A DNA stretch of 42,544 nucleotides from Actinomycetota bacterium (GTDB lineage Bacteria > Actinomycetota > Acidimicrobiia > IMCC26256 > PALSA-610), in the NCBI GenBank assembly GCA_046086225.1, contig JBJSXF010000064.1:1-42544 (forward strand). Reading direction: 5' to 3'. Below, one piece after another: positions 1 to 14,646 of this stretch. Every line of letters begins with the position of its first letter. Position 1 is the stretch's first letter. Made by a program: the position numbers and the translations under genes. The notes beneath the pieces are model-generated. The model saw only the letters and a program-made list of their open reading frames with translations. It did no database searches and was not told the DNA's origin.

Positions 1-209
1 ACGGCGGGCTCGGCGAGGTAGACGTCGATCGTCGCCATCCGCTCGGCCGAAGGGTCGCGGGTCCAGACGCCCTGGGGGCCGCGGAAGTCGGGGATCCCCG
101 ATTCGGTGGAGATGCCCGCCCCGGTGAGGGCCACGACCCGCTGGGCCGCGCCGAGCCAGGAGGCGACCGTCTCGATGGCGGCTCCGGTGTCGTCGGTGGG
201 CTCGGCCAC
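1..209 (-). CDS. Sir2-family NAD-dependent protein deacylase (N-terminal part; gene runs off the left edge)
   Basis: Minus-strand translation from GTG at 207-209 gives VAEPTDDTGAAIETVASWLGAAQRVVALTGAGISTESGIPDFRGPQGVWTRDP. GAGIS.ESGIPDFRG is the canonical sirtuin NAD-binding motif. TACCCT lies 6 nt upstream of the GTG. Confidence 0.8.
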   Translation of the reverse strand, partial: MAEPTDDTGAAIETVASWLGAAQRVVALTGAGISTESGIPDFRGPQGVWTRDPSAERMATIDVYLAEPA

Positions 210-215
210 GGGCCG

Positions 216-221
216 AGGGTA
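216..221 (-). promoter_or_regulatory. candidate -10 element (TACCCT) for a leaderless Sir2 transcript
   Basis: A TANNNT hexamer on the minus strand lies 6 nt upstream of GTG 209. No SD is present. Confidence 0.35.
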
Positions 222-288
222 CCGGCGCGGGCCGAGGGGGCCGGCGGGACGGAGCGCACTCAGGGGGCTGCTCCGTCCCGCCGGATCG

Positions 289-987
289 CTACCGGCGGGG
301 GACGGGGGCCGGTAGCGAGTTCGCGAACGTGTCGTCGTCGGCGCCGGATGCTGCGGTGGCGCTCTCGGCGGCGGCCTGCGCCCGGGCCCATCGCACCGCC
401 TCGTGCGCGAGGGCCGGGTGGAATCCGCCGGCGTGGAGCGCCCGCTCGATCGTGTCGATCGGATCGCCCTGAGCGAGCATCGTGAGCGCGAACCGGCGGG
501 CCCGGCGGCGGGCGAACTCGACCGGCACCGCCCCTTGCGCGGCGAGCCACTCGGCGTGGCGTTCCTGGAGGGCGACGGGCAGGCGGCGGACGTGGCGCCG
601 TTGCACCGGGGGGAGGCTCCGGCGCACGGCGACGGTGGTGTCGTCGGCGGCGCACGCGAGGTCGAACTGCTGCAGCCGGTGCAGGCTCCGCACGAGCGGG
701 GAGTGCTGGCCCTCGCGGTTGCCGAGCCCGAGGGCGGCGGCCGTGTCGGCCACGGGCAGGTCGAGGCCGGCCGGGTCGACCTCGAAGCGGTCGGCGAGGT
801 GGCGGAGCAGCAGCAGCGCGGTCGGCCCGAGGGTGGGGAGCCAGAACGTCTCGGCGTACCAACTGCGGGGATCGTGCCCCGTCGTATCGAGCATCGGGTC
901 GGGCCAGGGGGTGACTCTGATCGCAGCGGGCATCGGTTCCATCCGTCCGTCGGGCCGAGGGGAGAGTGTGACAAGTTGTGTCAGCAT
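289..987 (-). CDS. conserved hypothetical protein (start uncertain: ATG at 987, 942 or 933)
   Basis: The ORF has high GC3 and non-repetitive composition (..[26 protein letters not shown]..). It lies 80 nt upstream of the Sir2 gene on the same strand. I recognised no motif. Confidence 0.55.
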   Translation of the reverse strand: MLTQLVTLSPRPDGRMEPMPAAIRVTPWPDPMLDTTGHDPRSWYAETFWLPTLGPTALLLLRHLADRFEVDPAGLDLPVADTAAALGLGNREGQHSPLVRSLHRLQQFDLACAADDTTVAVRRSLPPVQRRHVRRLPVALQERHAEWLAAQGAVPVEFARRRARRFALTMLAQGDPIDTIERALHAGGFHPALAHEAVRWARAQAAAESATAASGADDDTFANSLPAPVPRR

Positions 988-1097
988 GGATAACACGGGG
1001 GGAGAGGGCCGACAACTGGGAATGGCTGGGAACCCTGGGCGGCCGGCGGGGTGGTCGGCTTCGCGGCGCCCGGGCCCTGCGTGGTTCACTGCTGCCC

Positions 1098-3233
1098 ATG
1101 GCCGACCTCGATCGCTGGCGTGACCTCGCCGCCAAGGAGCTGCGGGGCACCGACCCCGCCGACCTCGTCTGGGAGACCCCCGAGGGGATCCCCGTCAACC
1201 CGCTCTACACGGCGGCCGATCTCGAGGCGCTCGATCTCGCCGGGGCTCTGCCCGGGGTCGAGCCGTTCGTCCGGGGGCCCCGGGCCACCATGTACGCCAA
1301 CCGGCCCTGGACGATCCGGCAGTACGCGGGCTTCTCGACCGCCGAGGAGTCGAACGCGTTCTACCGGCAGAACCTCGCCGCCGGGCAGATGGGCCTCTCG
1401 GTGGCCTTCGACCTCGCAACGCACCGCGGCTACGACAGCGACCACCCGCGCGTCGTCGGCGACGTGGGCAAGGCGGGCGTCGCGATCGACTCGGTCGAGG
1501 ACATGAAGGCGCTGTTCGACGGCATCCCGCTCGACAAGATGTCGGTGTCGATGACGATGAACGGCGCGGTGCTGCCGGTGCTCGCGGGCTACGTCGTCGC
1601 GGCCGAGGAGCAGGGCGTCGGCCAGGACCAGCTCACGGGGACCATCCAGAACGACATCCTCAAGGAGTTCATGGTCCGCAACACCTACATCTATCCGCCG
1701 GCTCCGAGCATGCGGATCGTGACCGACATCATCGAGCACACCGCGAAGCACATGCCGCGCTTCAACTCGATCTCGATCTCCGGCTACCACATGCAGGAGG
1801 CGGGCGCGACGGCCGTGCAGGAGCTCGGCTTCACCCTCGCCGACGGCCTCGAGTACGCGCGCCACGCGACCGCGCGCGGGCTCGACATCGACGATTTCGC
1901 CGGCCGCCTCTCGTTCTTCTTCGCGATCGGCATGAACTTCTTCATGGAGATCGCCAAGCTCAGAGCCGCCCGACTCCTGTGGGCCCGGCTCATGACCGAC
2001 CTCGGCGCGAAGAAGCCCGGTTCGAAGATGCTGCGCACCCATTGCCAGACCTCGGGGGTGTCGCTCACCGAGCAGGACCCGTACAACAACGTGGTCCGCA
2101 CCGCGTACGAAGCGATGGCCGCGGTGCTCGGCGGCACCCAGAGCCTCCACACCAACAGCTTCGACGAGGCGATCGCCCTGCCGTCCGACTTCGCATCGCG
2201 CATCGCCCGCAACACCCAGCTCATCCTCGCCGAGGAGACCGGGGTCACCCGGGTCATCGACCCGCTCGGCGGCTCGTACTACATCGAGTCGCTCACCCAC
2301 TCGCTTGCGGCGGCGGCATGGGAGCTCATCGAGGAGGTCGAGGCACTCGGCGGCATGACCAAGGCCGTCGAGTCGGGCATGCCGAAGCTGCGCATCGAGG
2401 AGGCGGCGGCCCGCCGTCAGGCCGCCATCGACCGCGGCGAGGAGACCATCGTCGGCGTCAACAAGTACCGGCTCGAGAACGAGCCGCCGGTCGACGTGCG
2501 CGAGATCGACAACACCGAGGTGCGGCGGCAGCAGATCGCCCGGCTTGAGGAGATCCGGCGCACCCGCGACTCGGCCCGCGTCGAGCAGACCCTCGCGGCG
2601 CTCACGGCGGCGGCGAACGACGGCACCGGCAACCTGCTCGAGCTCTCGATCGAGGCGACGCGAGCCCGGGCGACGGTCGGGGAGATCTCCGACGCGCTCG
2701 AACGGGCCTTCGGCCGTTACCGGGCCAACATCCGTACGATCTCCGGCGTGTACGGGCAGGCCTACCGGGGTGATGCCGAGTTCGCGGCGATCCGGGCGGA
2801 CGTCGAGGCATTCGCCGCGGCCGAGGGTCGACGACCCCGCATCCTCGTCTCCAAGCTCGGGCAGGACGGTCACGACCGCGGGGCCAAGGTCATCGCCACC
2901 GCCTTCGCCGATCTCGGCTTCGACGTCGACATCGGCCCGCTCTTCCAGACGCCCGAGGAGGCGGCCCGGGAGGCGGTCGAGAACGACGTGCACGTCGTGG
3001 GCGTGTCGAGTCAGGCGGCCGGCCACAAGACGCTCGTGCCCCAGCTCATCGCCGCGCTGCGCGCCGAGGGGGCGCGCGACGTGGTCGTGGTCGTCGGCGG
3101 GGTGATCCCGCAGTCCGACTACGCGTTCCTCGAAGCGGAGGGAGTCGCCGCGGTGTTCGGGCCGGGCAGCAACATCCCGCGGGCGGCCGCCCGGATCCTC
3201 TCGCTCGTGCGCGAGCGGCGCGCGGCGGCTTGA
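1098..3233 (+). CDS. mutB: methylmalonyl-CoA mutase, single-chain form (catalytic barrel plus C-terminal B12-binding domain)
   Basis: 711 aa starting at ATG 1098 ([17 protein letters not shown]..). It has the typical MCM barrel sequence and a C-terminal B12 domain with [13 protein letters not shown] (DxHxxG). The 40-codon upstream extension in the ORF track is Arg/Gly-rich and was rejected. Confidence 0.95.
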   Translation: MADLDRWRDLAAKELRGTDPADLVWETPEGIPVNPLYTAADLEALDLAGALPGVEPFVRGPRATMYANRPWTIRQYAGFSTAEESNAFYRQNLAAGQMGLSVAFDLATHRGYDSDHPRVVGDVGKAGVAIDSVEDMKALFDGIPLDKMSVSMTMNGAVLPVLAGYVVAAEEQGVGQDQLTGTIQNDILKEFMVRNTYIYPPAPSMRIVTDIIEHTAKHMPRFNSISISGYHMQEAGATAVQELGFTLADGLEYARHATARGLDIDDFAGRLSFFFAIGMNFFMEIAKLRAARLLWARLMTDLGAKKPGSKMLRTHCQTSGVSLTEQDPYNNVVRTAYEAMAAVLGGTQSLHTNSFDEAIALPSDFASRIARNTQLILAEETGVTRVIDPLGGSYYIESLTHSLAAAAWELIEEVEALGGMTKAVESGMPKLRIEEAAARRQAAIDRGEETIVGVNKYRLENEPPVDVREIDNTEVRRQQIARLEEIRRTRDSARVEQTLAALTAAANDGTGNLLELSIEATRARATVGEISDALERAFGRYRANIRTISGVYGQAYRGDAEFAAIRADVEAFAAAEGRRPRILVSKLGQDGHDRGAKVIATAFADLGFDVDIGPLFQTPEEAAREAVENDVHVVGVSSQAAGHKTLVPQLIAALRAEGARDVVVVVGGVIPQSDYAFLEAEGVAAVFGPGSNIPRAAARILSLVRERRAAA

Positions 3234-4186
3234 GCCTCGCCGCCGAGGTCCGCGCCGGCGACCGGCGGTCCCTGGCCCGGGCGATCACGCTCGTCGAGTC
3301 GACGCGGCCTGATCACCGGGCGGAGGCGGCGGAACTCCTCGACGGTGTGCTCGACGCGACCGGCGGGGCGATCCGCGTCGGGGTGAGCGGTGCGCCCGGG
3401 GCCGGGAAATCGACCTTCATCGAAGCGCTGGGTCTGCACCTCGTCGATGCCGGACACCGGGTCGCGGTGCTCGCCGTCGACCCGTCGAGCGCGCGCAGCG
3501 GCGGGTCGATCCTCGGTGACAAGACGCGCATGGAGGAGCTCTCACGCCGACCCGAGGCGTTCATCCGGCCGTCACCGGCCGGGGGCACGCTCGGCGGGGT
3601 GGCCCGCCGCACCCGCGAGGCGCTGCTCTGCTGCGAGGCAGCCGGCTTCGGGGTCGTGCTGGTCGAGACGGTGGGCGTCGGCCAGTCGGAGATCGCGGTG
3701 GCGGGCATGGTCGACCACTTCGTGCTCCTCCTCGCGCCCGGCGCGGGAGACGACCTCCAGGGCGTGAAGCGCGGGATCGTCGAGCTCGCCGACCTCGTGG
3801 TGGTCAACAAGGCCGACGGCGCGCTCGCCGACGCGGCTCGGCACACCGCCGCCGATTACGCGCACGCCTTGCACATCGTGGGGTCGGGTGCGCCGGTGCT
3901 GCTCGCATCGGCCCGGGAGGGCACCGGTGTGGCCGAGGTGTGGTCGGCGGTCGAGGTGGCCGCCGCCGAAGGGCGAGAAGGCGGCGCGACCGAACGGCGA
4001 CGGCGATCCCAGGCCCGCGAGTGGATGTGGTCCGAGGTGACCGAGACGATCGTCGAGGAGGTGCGGGCCGACCCCGCCGTGCACAATGAGGTCGCTGCGC
4101 TCGAGCAGGACGTCGCCGACGGCCGTTGCTCGCCGGCCTCGGCGGCGACGCGGATCCTCGCTGCGTTCCGCGCTCGTCGGCGCTAG
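3230..4186 (+). CDS. meaB: methylmalonyl-CoA mutase-associated GTPase MeaB/ArgK
   Basis: P-loop [14 protein letters not shown]4 motif, and the expected position directly after the mutase. TTG 3230 overlaps the mutB TGA (3231-3233). Confidence 0.93.
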   Translation: MSLAAEVRAGDRRSLARAITLVESTRPDHRAEAAELLDGVLDATGGAIRVGVSGAPGAGKSTFIEALGLHLVDAGHRVAVLAVDPSSARSGGSILGDKTRMEELSRRPEAFIRPSPAGGTLGGVARRTREALLCCEAAGFGVVLVETVGVGQSEIAVAGMVDHFVLLLAPGAGDDLQGVKRGIVELADLVVVNKADGALADAARHTAADYAHALHIVGSGAPVLLASAREGTGVAEVWSAVEVAAAEGREGGATERRRRSQAREWMWSEVTETIVEEVRADPAVHNEVAALEQDVADGRCSPASAATRILAAFRARRR

Positions 4187-4458
4187 CTGGCGCGTCGTCC
4201 GGCGACGGCGTCGCTCTCGGGTCGGATCCGGCGCAGGGCCGCCCGGGCGGCGGCGACGCCTTCGCGACCGATCCGGCGGGTGTACTCGTCGAGCTCCCAC
4301 TCGGGGATCGTGCGCCGGGGCGTGGGGATCAGCCGGAGCTGCCCCGGGGTCGCTTCGGGGGCGTCGGTCTCCGAACTGCCCGAGTGACGCGGCGGGCGCG
4401 AGGTGCTCGGGGCGTTCCGGGTGCTCGGGGTGGGGTCGGACTGCTCGCTCATGGTCAT
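4183..4458 (-). CDS. small hypothetical protein (91 aa)
   Basis: ATG 4458 is preceded by GGGAGA 5 nt upstream, and GC3 is high. The C-terminal half ([25 protein letters not shown]) looks structured. Its stop overlaps the meaB stop in a palindromic CTAG (4183-4186). Confidence 0.45.
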   Translation of the reverse strand: MTMSEQSDPTPSTRNAPSTSRPPRHSGSSETDAPEATPGQLRLIPTPRRTIPEWELDEYTRRIGREGVAAARAALRRIRPESDAVAGRRAS

Positions 4459-4534
4459 CAGCGTCTCCCGGGGGTGTGACACTCACTCCGTCCAAAGGTC
4501 CCAACCGGGCGGGCGGCCGCCGCATTCCCGCCCC

Positions 4535-4540
4535 TACGCT
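4535..4540 (+). promoter_or_regulatory. candidate -10 element (TACGCT) for a leaderless iscS transcript
   Basis: A TANNNT hexamer lies 8 nt upstream of GTG 4549. No SD is present. Confidence 0.4.
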
Positions 4541-4548
4541 TGGCGACC

Positions 4549-5703
4549 GTGACCGCGTACCTCGACCACGCGGCGTCCACGCCCATGCGGCCCGAGGCGC
4601 TCGCCGCGATGCTGCCGTTCCTCGCCGAGCACCCCGGCAACCCGTCGGGCACGCACGGCGCGGCCCGGATCGCCAAGTCGGCGCTCGAGGAGGCCCGGGA
4701 GGTCATCGCCGGGTGCTGCGGCGTCGCACCCGATGCCGTGGTCCTCACCGGGGGCGGCAGCGAGGCCGACAACCTCGCCGTGAAGGGCGCGGCGTGGGCG
4801 GCCCGGGGTGCGGAGCCGTCGCTCGACGGGGTCGTGACGACCGGGCTCGAGCACAAGGCGGTCCTCGGCGCGGCCCATCGGCTCGCCGCCGACGGCTTCC
4901 GGGTCACCGAGGTGCCGGGCACCCCGGCCGGAACCCTCGATCTCGACGCGCTCGCCGCCGCGCTCGACGCGCGCACGGCGGTCGTCTCGGTGATGCTCGT
5001 GAACAACGAGACCGGCATCGTGCAGCCCCTCGATGCGGTGGCGGCGCTCGTGCGCGAGCGCGCGCCGCGCGCCGTGCTCCACACCGACGCCGTCCAGGCT
5101 CCCCAGTGGCTCGACCTGCGCACCGCCACGGCGGGGGCTGACCTCGTCGCCCTCTCCGGGCACAAGTTCGGCGGACCGAAGGGAGCGGGTGTGCTCGTCG
5201 TGCGGGGCCGGGTGCCGCTCGTGCCGCTCGTCGAAGGCGGTGGGCACGAGCAGGGGCTGCGGGCCGGAACCCAGGACGTGGCCGGGGTGGTCGCGCTCGC
5301 AACCGCGCTGTCGGTGACCGACACCCGACGGACCACGGAGGTGGCCCGGATCGCCGCCCTCCGCGACCGACTCGAGACCGGGCTCGCGGCCGCGGTACCC
5401 GACGTCGCGGTCAACGGCGATCCTGCCCTCCGGGTGGCCGGGCTGCTCCACCTCCACGTGCCCAGGGTCGAGGCCGAGACGCTCCTCGTCGCCCTCGACC
5501 GGGCCGGGATCGAGGCTGCGGCGGGCTCGGCGTGCAGCTCGGGGGCGATCGATCCGTCGCACGTCCTCACGGCGATGGGTCTGCCCCGTCCGCGGGCGCT
5601 GGCCTCGGTGCGCTTCTCGCTCGGCTGGGCGTCGACCGCCGCCGATGTCGACGCGGCCCTCGCGATCGTTCCCGCCGTGGTAGCCGGGATGTGCGCGGCA
5701 TGA
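4549..5703 (+). CDS. iscS: cysteine desulfurase (IscS/NifS class V aminotransferase)
   Basis: (V)[16 protein letters not shown].. is the typical N-terminus, and [10 protein letters not shown] carries the PLP lysine. The gene is followed by mnmA as in mycobacteria. GTG 4549 is preferred over TTG 4540 because TACGCT occupies 4535-4540. Confidence 0.9.
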   Translation: MTAYLDHAASTPMRPEALAAMLPFLAEHPGNPSGTHGAARIAKSALEEAREVIAGCCGVAPDAVVLTGGGSEADNLAVKGAAWAARGAEPSLDGVVTTGLEHKAVLGAAHRLAADGFRVTEVPGTPAGTLDLDALAAALDARTAVVSVMLVNNETGIVQPLDAVAALVRERAPRAVLHTDAVQAPQWLDLRTATAGADLVALSGHKFGGPKGAGVLVVRGRVPLVPLVEGGGHEQGLRAGTQDVAGVVALATALSVTDTRRTTEVARIAALRDRLETGLAAAVPDVAVNGDPALRVAGLLHLHVPRVEAETLLVALDRAGIEAAAGSACSSGAIDPSHVLTAMGLPRPRALASVRFSLGWASTAADVDAALAIVPAVVAGMCAA

Positions 5704-6719
5704 CCGGCTCGGTGATGGTGATGATGAGCGGCGGCGTCGACTCGTCGGTCGCCGCGGCCATGCTCCGCGACGCCGGCCACGACGTCACCGGGGTCACCCT
5801 CAAACTCTGGGGCGGCCCGTCCGACTCCGGGTGCTGCAGCGTCTCCGACGTGGAGGACGCCCGGCGGGTCGCGGCGCGGCTCGGGATCCCGCACTACGTG
5901 TTCAATCTGGCCGACGAGTTCACGGCTGCGGTCGTCGAGCCCTACACCGAGGCCTACGCCGTCGGCCGCACGCCGAACCCGTGCGTCGAGTGCAACCGAA
6001 CGATGAAGTGGGGGCGGGCCCTGGCGCGGGCCCGGACCCTCGGCTTCGACAAGGTCGCGACCGGACACCACGCCCGCCTGGACGCGGGGACGGCCGGTCC
6101 GGCATTGCGGCGGGCGGTCGACCCGGCCAAGGATCAGAGCTACGTGCTCGCGCTCGTCGAGCACGAAGCGCTCGCGGCGACGTTGCTCCCGGTCGGCGAC
6201 CTGACCAAGGCCGAGGTGCGCGAACGGGCCCGGGCCCTCGACCTGCGCACGGCCGACAAGCCCGAGAGCATGGACGCCTGCTTCATCGAGCGCGGCGGTC
6301 GGCGGGCGTTCCTCGGATCCCGCATCCCCCGGCGCCCGGGACCGATCGTCGATGTCGACGGGACGACCGTCGGCGAGCACGACGGCATCGACCGGTTCAC
6401 CATCGGGCAGCGCCGGGGTCTCGGCGTGGCCCGGGGCGACCGCCGGTTCGTGGTCGACCTCAGCCCCGATACCGCGACCGTCACCGTCGGTCCGCGCGAT
6501 GCGTTGCTGCGCGACCGCCTGGCGATCACCGGACTCGTGTGCCGTCAGCCCGTGCCCACCGAGGTGCTCGTGCAGACCCGGGCGCACGGCGACGCGGTGC
6601 CCGCCCGGGTCGTCGACGCCGAGGTGCGGTTCGCCTTGCCCCAGCCACGGGTCGCGCCGGGTCAGGTCGTGGCGTTCTACGTCGGTGACCGCTGCATCGG
6701 TGGCGCGTACGCGGCCTGA
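5700..6719 (+). CDS. mnmA: tRNA 2-thiouridine(34) synthase MnmA/TrmU
   Basis: The protein starts [22 protein letters not shown] (PP-loop SGGVDSS). The ATG overlaps the iscS stop as ATGA at 5700-5703. The upstream part of the track ORF was rejected. Confidence 0.95.
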   Translation: MTGSVMVMMSGGVDSSVAAAMLRDAGHDVTGVTLKLWGGPSDSGCCSVSDVEDARRVAARLGIPHYVFNLADEFTAAVVEPYTEAYAVGRTPNPCVECNRTMKWGRALARARTLGFDKVATGHHARLDAGTAGPALRRAVDPAKDQSYVLALVEHEALAATLLPVGDLTKAEVRERARALDLRTADKPESMDACFIERGGRRAFLGSRIPRRPGPIVDVDGTTVGEHDGIDRFTIGQRRGLGVARGDRRFVVDLSPDTATVTVGPRDALLRDRLAITGLVCRQPVPTEVLVQTRAHGDAVPARVVDAEVRFALPQPRVAPGQVVAFYVGDRCIGGAYAA

Positions 6720-6751
6720 TCCCCGCACCGCAGCCCCGGTCCGGTGTCGGT

Positions 6752-11180
<4,429 letters not shown>

Positions 11181-11188
11181 CGGGTTCG

Positions 11189-11194
11189 AACCTA
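11189..11194 (-). promoter_or_regulatory. candidate -10 element (TAGGTT) for the membrane-protein gene
   Basis: A TANNNT hexamer on the minus strand lies 8 nt upstream of ATG 11180. No SD is present. Confidence 0.35.
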
Positions 11195-11275
11195 CCGGCG
11201 CGTGGGGCGGCGTCCCGAACGCGGCGCGTGCGGGTGCACTGCGGCGAGTGCCCCGTTCGTCACCCGGACGGCCGG

Positions 11276-11281
11276 TACCGT
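11276..11281 (+). promoter_or_regulatory. candidate -10 element (TACCGT) for a leaderless kinase transcript
   Basis: A TANNNT hexamer lies 6 nt upstream of ATG 11288. No SD is present. Confidence 0.4.
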
Positions 11282-11287
11282 TCCGGC

Positions 11288-13183
11288 ATGCCCGGGAGTG
11301 CCGCGAGCGACCTCACGGGCCGCCTTCTCGCCGGGCGGTACCTCCTCCACGGGGCGATCGGCACGGGGGCGAGCGGGCGGGTCCACCTGGCCCAGGACAC
11401 GCGTCTGCGGCGCCGCGTCGCGGTGAAGGTGCTGCACGCCGCCCTCGCCGACGACGCTGCGTTCCTGCGCCGGTTCCGGGCCGAGGCTCAGCTCGCCGCG
11501 TCCCTCCAGCACCCCCACATCGTGACGGTTCACGATTGGGGCGAGGACGATGTGCCGTTCATGGTGCTCGAGTTGTGCGCGGGCGGCAGCCTGCGGAGCC
11601 TGCTCGATGCCGGCACCCGCTGCTCGCTCGCCCAGGCCGCCCGCATCGGTCGGGACGTCGCCGGTGCGCTCGCCTACGCGAACGAGCGGGGCGTGCTGCA
11701 CCGCGACATCAAGCCCGCCAACCTCCTCTTCGACGAGCACGGCGAGGTTCGGGTCGCCGACTTCGGCTTGGCCCGGGCCCTGGCCGAGGCGAGCTGGACC
11801 GAGCCGACGGGTGGGGTGCTCGGCACGGCCCGCTACGCCTCGCCCGAGCAGGCGCAGGGCGGATCGCTCGACGGTCGATCCGATGCTTACGCGCTCGCGC
11901 TCGTCGTGGTGGAGTCGGTGACGGGCACGGTGCCCTTCGCGGCGGACACGACCATGGCCACGCTCGCCGCCCGCACCCGTGAGTCGCTCGTGGCCCCGGC
12001 GGCCATGGGTTCGCTCGGTCCGGTGGTCGAGCGGGCGGGGGCGCTCGACCCGGATGCCCGTTATCCCGATGCGGCGACCCTGCGCGCCGCGTTCGCCGAC
12101 GCCGGCGCCCGGCTGCCGGAACCCGAGCCGCTCGCGCTCACCGGTCTCGCCGACACGGTCGATCCCGACCCGACCCGTGCGGTCGTGATCACGCCGCCGC
12201 TCTTCGACCAGGACGCCCCGGTCTCCCCTCCGCCCGCCCGATCCGCGCCCGGTTCGTCGCCCGCCGCCGACGACGACGCTCGGGGTGAGCGGCGCCTCGT
12301 GCCTTTCGTCGTCGGTCTGGTGCTGCTCGCCACCGTCGGGCTCGCGGCGGCGGCGCTCACGCGCGCCGGGGCCGGCTCGACGACCCGCGCCGTCCCCGTG
12401 CTCGCCGGCCTGACGCGCGAACGGGCGGTGGCGCTCGCCGAGCGGTCCGGCTTCTCGGTCGAGGTCGGGTCGCGTCGCTCGGCACCCGACGCCGAGGGCA
12501 CGGTCGTGGCCCAGGATCCGGCGCCGGGCACGCTCACCACCGGCACGGCGATCGATCTCGTCGTGTCCTCCGGGCCGGCGCCGGTCGCGGTGCCCGAGGT
12601 CATCGGCGATCGCTGGGCGCTCGCCGCCGAGCGGCTCGCCGACGCGGGGGTGGTGCCCCGGCGGCGCGACGCGTACGACGACGAGCGTCCGGCCGGAGTG
12701 GTGATCGCCGTGGCCCCCGCGGCCGGGGTGACCGTCCCTCCGGGGTCGGCCGCCACGGTGACGGTGAGCAAGGGGCGGGCGCCGGTCGCGGTGCCGGCCG
12801 TCGCCGGGCGCACCTACGAGCAGGCCGCAGCGGCCCTGCGGTCCCGGGGTTTCGTACCGGCGCGGGGCGCCGCCGCGTTCTCGGCGACGGTGCCCAAGGG
12901 TGCGGTCGCGGGCACGGCTCCCGCCGCCGGGAAGGTGACCGCCTACGGCTCGCGCGTCACGATCGCGGTGTCGAAGGGCCCGGATCTCGTCACCGTGCCC
13001 GAGCTCGCCAACCTCACCCTCGACGAGGCATCGGCCGCGGCCGAGGCCCGGGGCCTCACCCTCGAGGTGGCGGGCACCTACAGCCGCGGGTTCGTGGTGG
13101 TGAGTCAGACCCCCGATTCGGGGAACCGTGTGCGCCGGGGCGCGACGGTGACCGTGCGGTTCGGGCCTTCATCGGTGCGCTGA
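11288..13183 (+). CDS. Ser/Thr protein kinase with TM helix and four extracellular PASTA domains (PknB-like)
   Basis: Kinase motifs are present: GTGASGRV, VAVKVL, HRDIKPANLL, DFGLAR and ASPEQ. A TM helix (LVPFVVGLVLLATVGLAAAAL) is followed by four ~65-aa repeats of PASTA type (VP.L.G......A...L...G..). Confidence 0.92.
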   Translation: MPGSAASDLTGRLLAGRYLLHGAIGTGASGRVHLAQDTRLRRRVAVKVLHAALADDAAFLRRFRAEAQLAASLQHPHIVTVHDWGEDDVPFMVLELCAGGSLRSLLDAGTRCSLAQAARIGRDVAGALAYANERGVLHRDIKPANLLFDEHGEVRVADFGLARALAEASWTEPTGGVLGTARYASPEQAQGGSLDGRSDAYALALVVVESVTGTVPFAADTTMATLAARTRESLVAPAAMGSLGPVVERAGALDPDARYPDAATLRAAFADAGARLPEPEPLALTGLADTVDPDPTRAVVITPPLFDQDAPVSPPPARSAPGSSPAADDDARGERRLVPFVVGLVLLATVGLAAAALTRAGAGSTTRAVPVLAGLTRERAVALAERSGFSVEVGSRRSAPDAEGTVVAQDPAPGTLTTGTAIDLVVSSGPAPVAVPEVIGDRWALAAERLADAGVVPRRRDAYDDERPAGVVIAVAPAAGVTVPPGSAATVTVSKGRAPVAVPAVAGRTYEQAAAALRSRGFVPARGAAAFSATVPKGAVAGTAPAAGKVTAYGSRVTIAVSKGPDLVTVPELANLTLDEASAAAEARGLTLEVAGTYSRGFVVVSQTPDSGNRVRRGATVTVRFGPSSVR

Positions 13184-13204
13184 CCCGGGCGTCGGCTCCC
13201 GGGT
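13183..13204 (+). terminator. stem-loop after the kinase gene (acccggg-N8-cccgggt)
   Basis: A perfect 7-bp GC-rich stem starts at the last base of the stop codon. There is no U-tract, so its function is uncertain. Confidence 0.3.
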
Positions 13205-13282
13205 CCCGATCGCGTGGGGGCCTCTACGATGCGCGCCGCGGCGGTCGGACCCGACCGCGCGGAGTCGAGGAGAGGTGGTCCC

Positions 13283-14164
13283 ATGGGTGCGCTCGACGGA
13301 CGGGTCGCGATCATCACCGGCGCAGGGCGCGGCCTCGGCCGCGAGCACGCGCTGCTCTTCGCGGCCGAAGGCGCGAAGGTCGTGGTCAACGATCTCGGTG
13401 GCGACATGCGGGGTGAGGGTGGCGACCCCAGCCCGGCCCAGCAGACGGTCGATGACATCCGGGCCATGGGCGGCGAGGCCGTCGTCAACGGCGACAACGT
13501 CGCCGACTGGGAGGGGGCCGAGCGGCTCGTGCGCCAGGCGGTGGACACGTTCGGCGATCTCCACGTGCTCGTGAACAACGCCGGGATCCTCCGCGACCGG
13601 GTCATCATCAACATGACCGAGGCCGAGTGGGACGCGGTGATCACCGTGCACCTGAAGGGCCACTTCGCGCCGACGCGTCACGCCGCCGTGTACTGGCGCG
13701 AGCGGGTCAAGGCCGGGGCCGAGGTGCAGGCATCGATCATCCACACCACGTCGACGTCGGGGCTCTTCGCCAACCCGGGCCAGGCCAACTACGACGCGGC
13801 CAAGAGCGGCATCGCGACCTTCTCGCAGGTCTGTGCGAAGGAGCTGAGCCGCTACGGCGTGCGCTCCAACGCGATCGCGCCCGGTGCCCGCACCCGGCTC
13901 ACGGAGGCGACCCCGGGTCTCGGCGACGCGATCAAGCCGCCCGAGGAAGGCTTCGACACCTGGAACCCGGCGAACGTCTCGCCGTTCGTCGCGTACCTCG
14001 CAACGGCCGACTGCCCGATCACCGGTGAGTGCTTCATGGTGCAGGGCGGCACCGTGCAGCGCACGCCGTCGTGGTCGCGGGCCGAGAAGATCGAGAAGGC
14101 CGGACGCTGGACGATCGAGGAGCTGCGTGCCGCGTCGGCGACGCTGCTCCCGGCGGGGGAGTGA
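13283..14164 (+). CDS. short-chain dehydrogenase/reductase (hydroxyacyl-CoA/hydroxysteroid dehydrogenase-like)
   Basis: The protein starts MGALDGRVAIITGAGRGLGREHALLFA (TGxxxGxG). It has NNAG and YDAAK (YxxxK) motifs. A GAGGAGAGG SD lies upstream of ATG 13283. Confidence 0.9.
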   Translation: MGALDGRVAIITGAGRGLGREHALLFAAEGAKVVVNDLGGDMRGEGGDPSPAQQTVDDIRAMGGEAVVNGDNVADWEGAERLVRQAVDTFGDLHVLVNNAGILRDRVIINMTEAEWDAVITVHLKGHFAPTRHAAVYWRERVKAGAEVQASIIHTTSTSGLFANPGQANYDAAKSGIATFSQVCAKELSRYGVRSNAIAPGARTRLTEATPGLGDAIKPPEEGFDTWNPANVSPFVAYLATADCPITGECFMVQGGTVQRTPSWSRAEKIEKAGRWTIEELRAASATLLPAGE

Positions 14165-14173
14165 GCGGCTCGG

Positions 14174-14569
14174 CTACTCGGTGATGGCCTGGAGGGCCTC
14201 GGTGAGCGCGGGTGCGCCTCCCGGAGCCCCGCCGGCCGCGTGCATCATCAGCCTCGACATGTCGCCCTGGACCTTCACCCGGCCGGTCATGAAGGCGTTC
14301 ATCCCGGCCTGCGGGTTGCCGTCGACGAACACCTGACGGGCGGTCTCCATGTCGGTGGCGAGGAGCAGGTCGGCGCCGTCGGCGTGACCCTGGCCGAAGA
14401 TCGCGGCGCCGCCCTTGGCGCCCATGTGGAACCGGATCGGTTCGCCGTCGGCCGCGACCTCGAGGTTCATGACCAGATCGGTGGGCGGGGCGGCGGGCGC
14501 GTGCTCGCGGATGAGCGCGTCGGCTGCGGCGAACCAGGCATCGGAGAGGAACGGGTACTTGTCGGCCAC
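14174..14569 (-). CDS. SCP2 sterol-binding domain protein
   Basis: 131 aa with the C-terminal region NAFMTGRVKVQGDMSRLMM typical of SCP-2 domains. GTG start with a GAGGAGG SD. Confidence 0.8.
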   Translation of the reverse strand: MADKYPFLSDAWFAAADALIREHAPAAPPTDLVMNLEVAADGEPIRFHMGAKGGAAIFGQGHADGADLLLATDMETARQVFVDGNPQAGMNAFMTGRVKVQGDMSRLMMHAAGGAPGGAPALTEALQAITE

Positions 14570-14634
14570 GGCGGCCTCCTCGGGAGGGGACGCGTCGATC
14601 GTACGCCACCGATCGGGGGATCGACCCGCGCCGG

Positions 14635-14640
14635 TAGCCT
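14635..14640 (+). promoter_or_regulatory. candidate -10 element (TAGCCT) for a leaderless ferredoxin transcript
   Basis: A TANNNT hexamer lies 6 nt upstream of GTG 14647. No SD is present. Confidence 0.4.
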
Positions 14641-14646
14641 GCCGTC

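Noticed and set aside
1-987. Sir2-domain protein plus adjacent hypothetical as a possible Sir2-based defence module (Thoeris/DSR-like)
   Set aside because: The visible N-terminus has the canonical deacylase sirtuin motif GAGISTESGIPDFRG with a short leader, typical of housekeeping CobB. No TIR, SLOG or other effector or sensor domain is evident. The gene is truncated, so this cannot be excluded completely.
988-1097. Possible cobalamin riboswitch upstream of the B12-dependent mutase
   Set aside because: I found no B12-box-like GCCACTG core or conserved helices. Cobalamin riboswitches normally control B12 transport, synthesis or B12-independent isozymes rather than mutB.
11183-11193. gggttcgaacc, resembling a tRNA T-loop (GGTTCGAAxCC)
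   Set aside because: The flanking bases do not form a T-stem. No acceptor, D or anticodon arms can be drawn in the 107-nt intergenic region.
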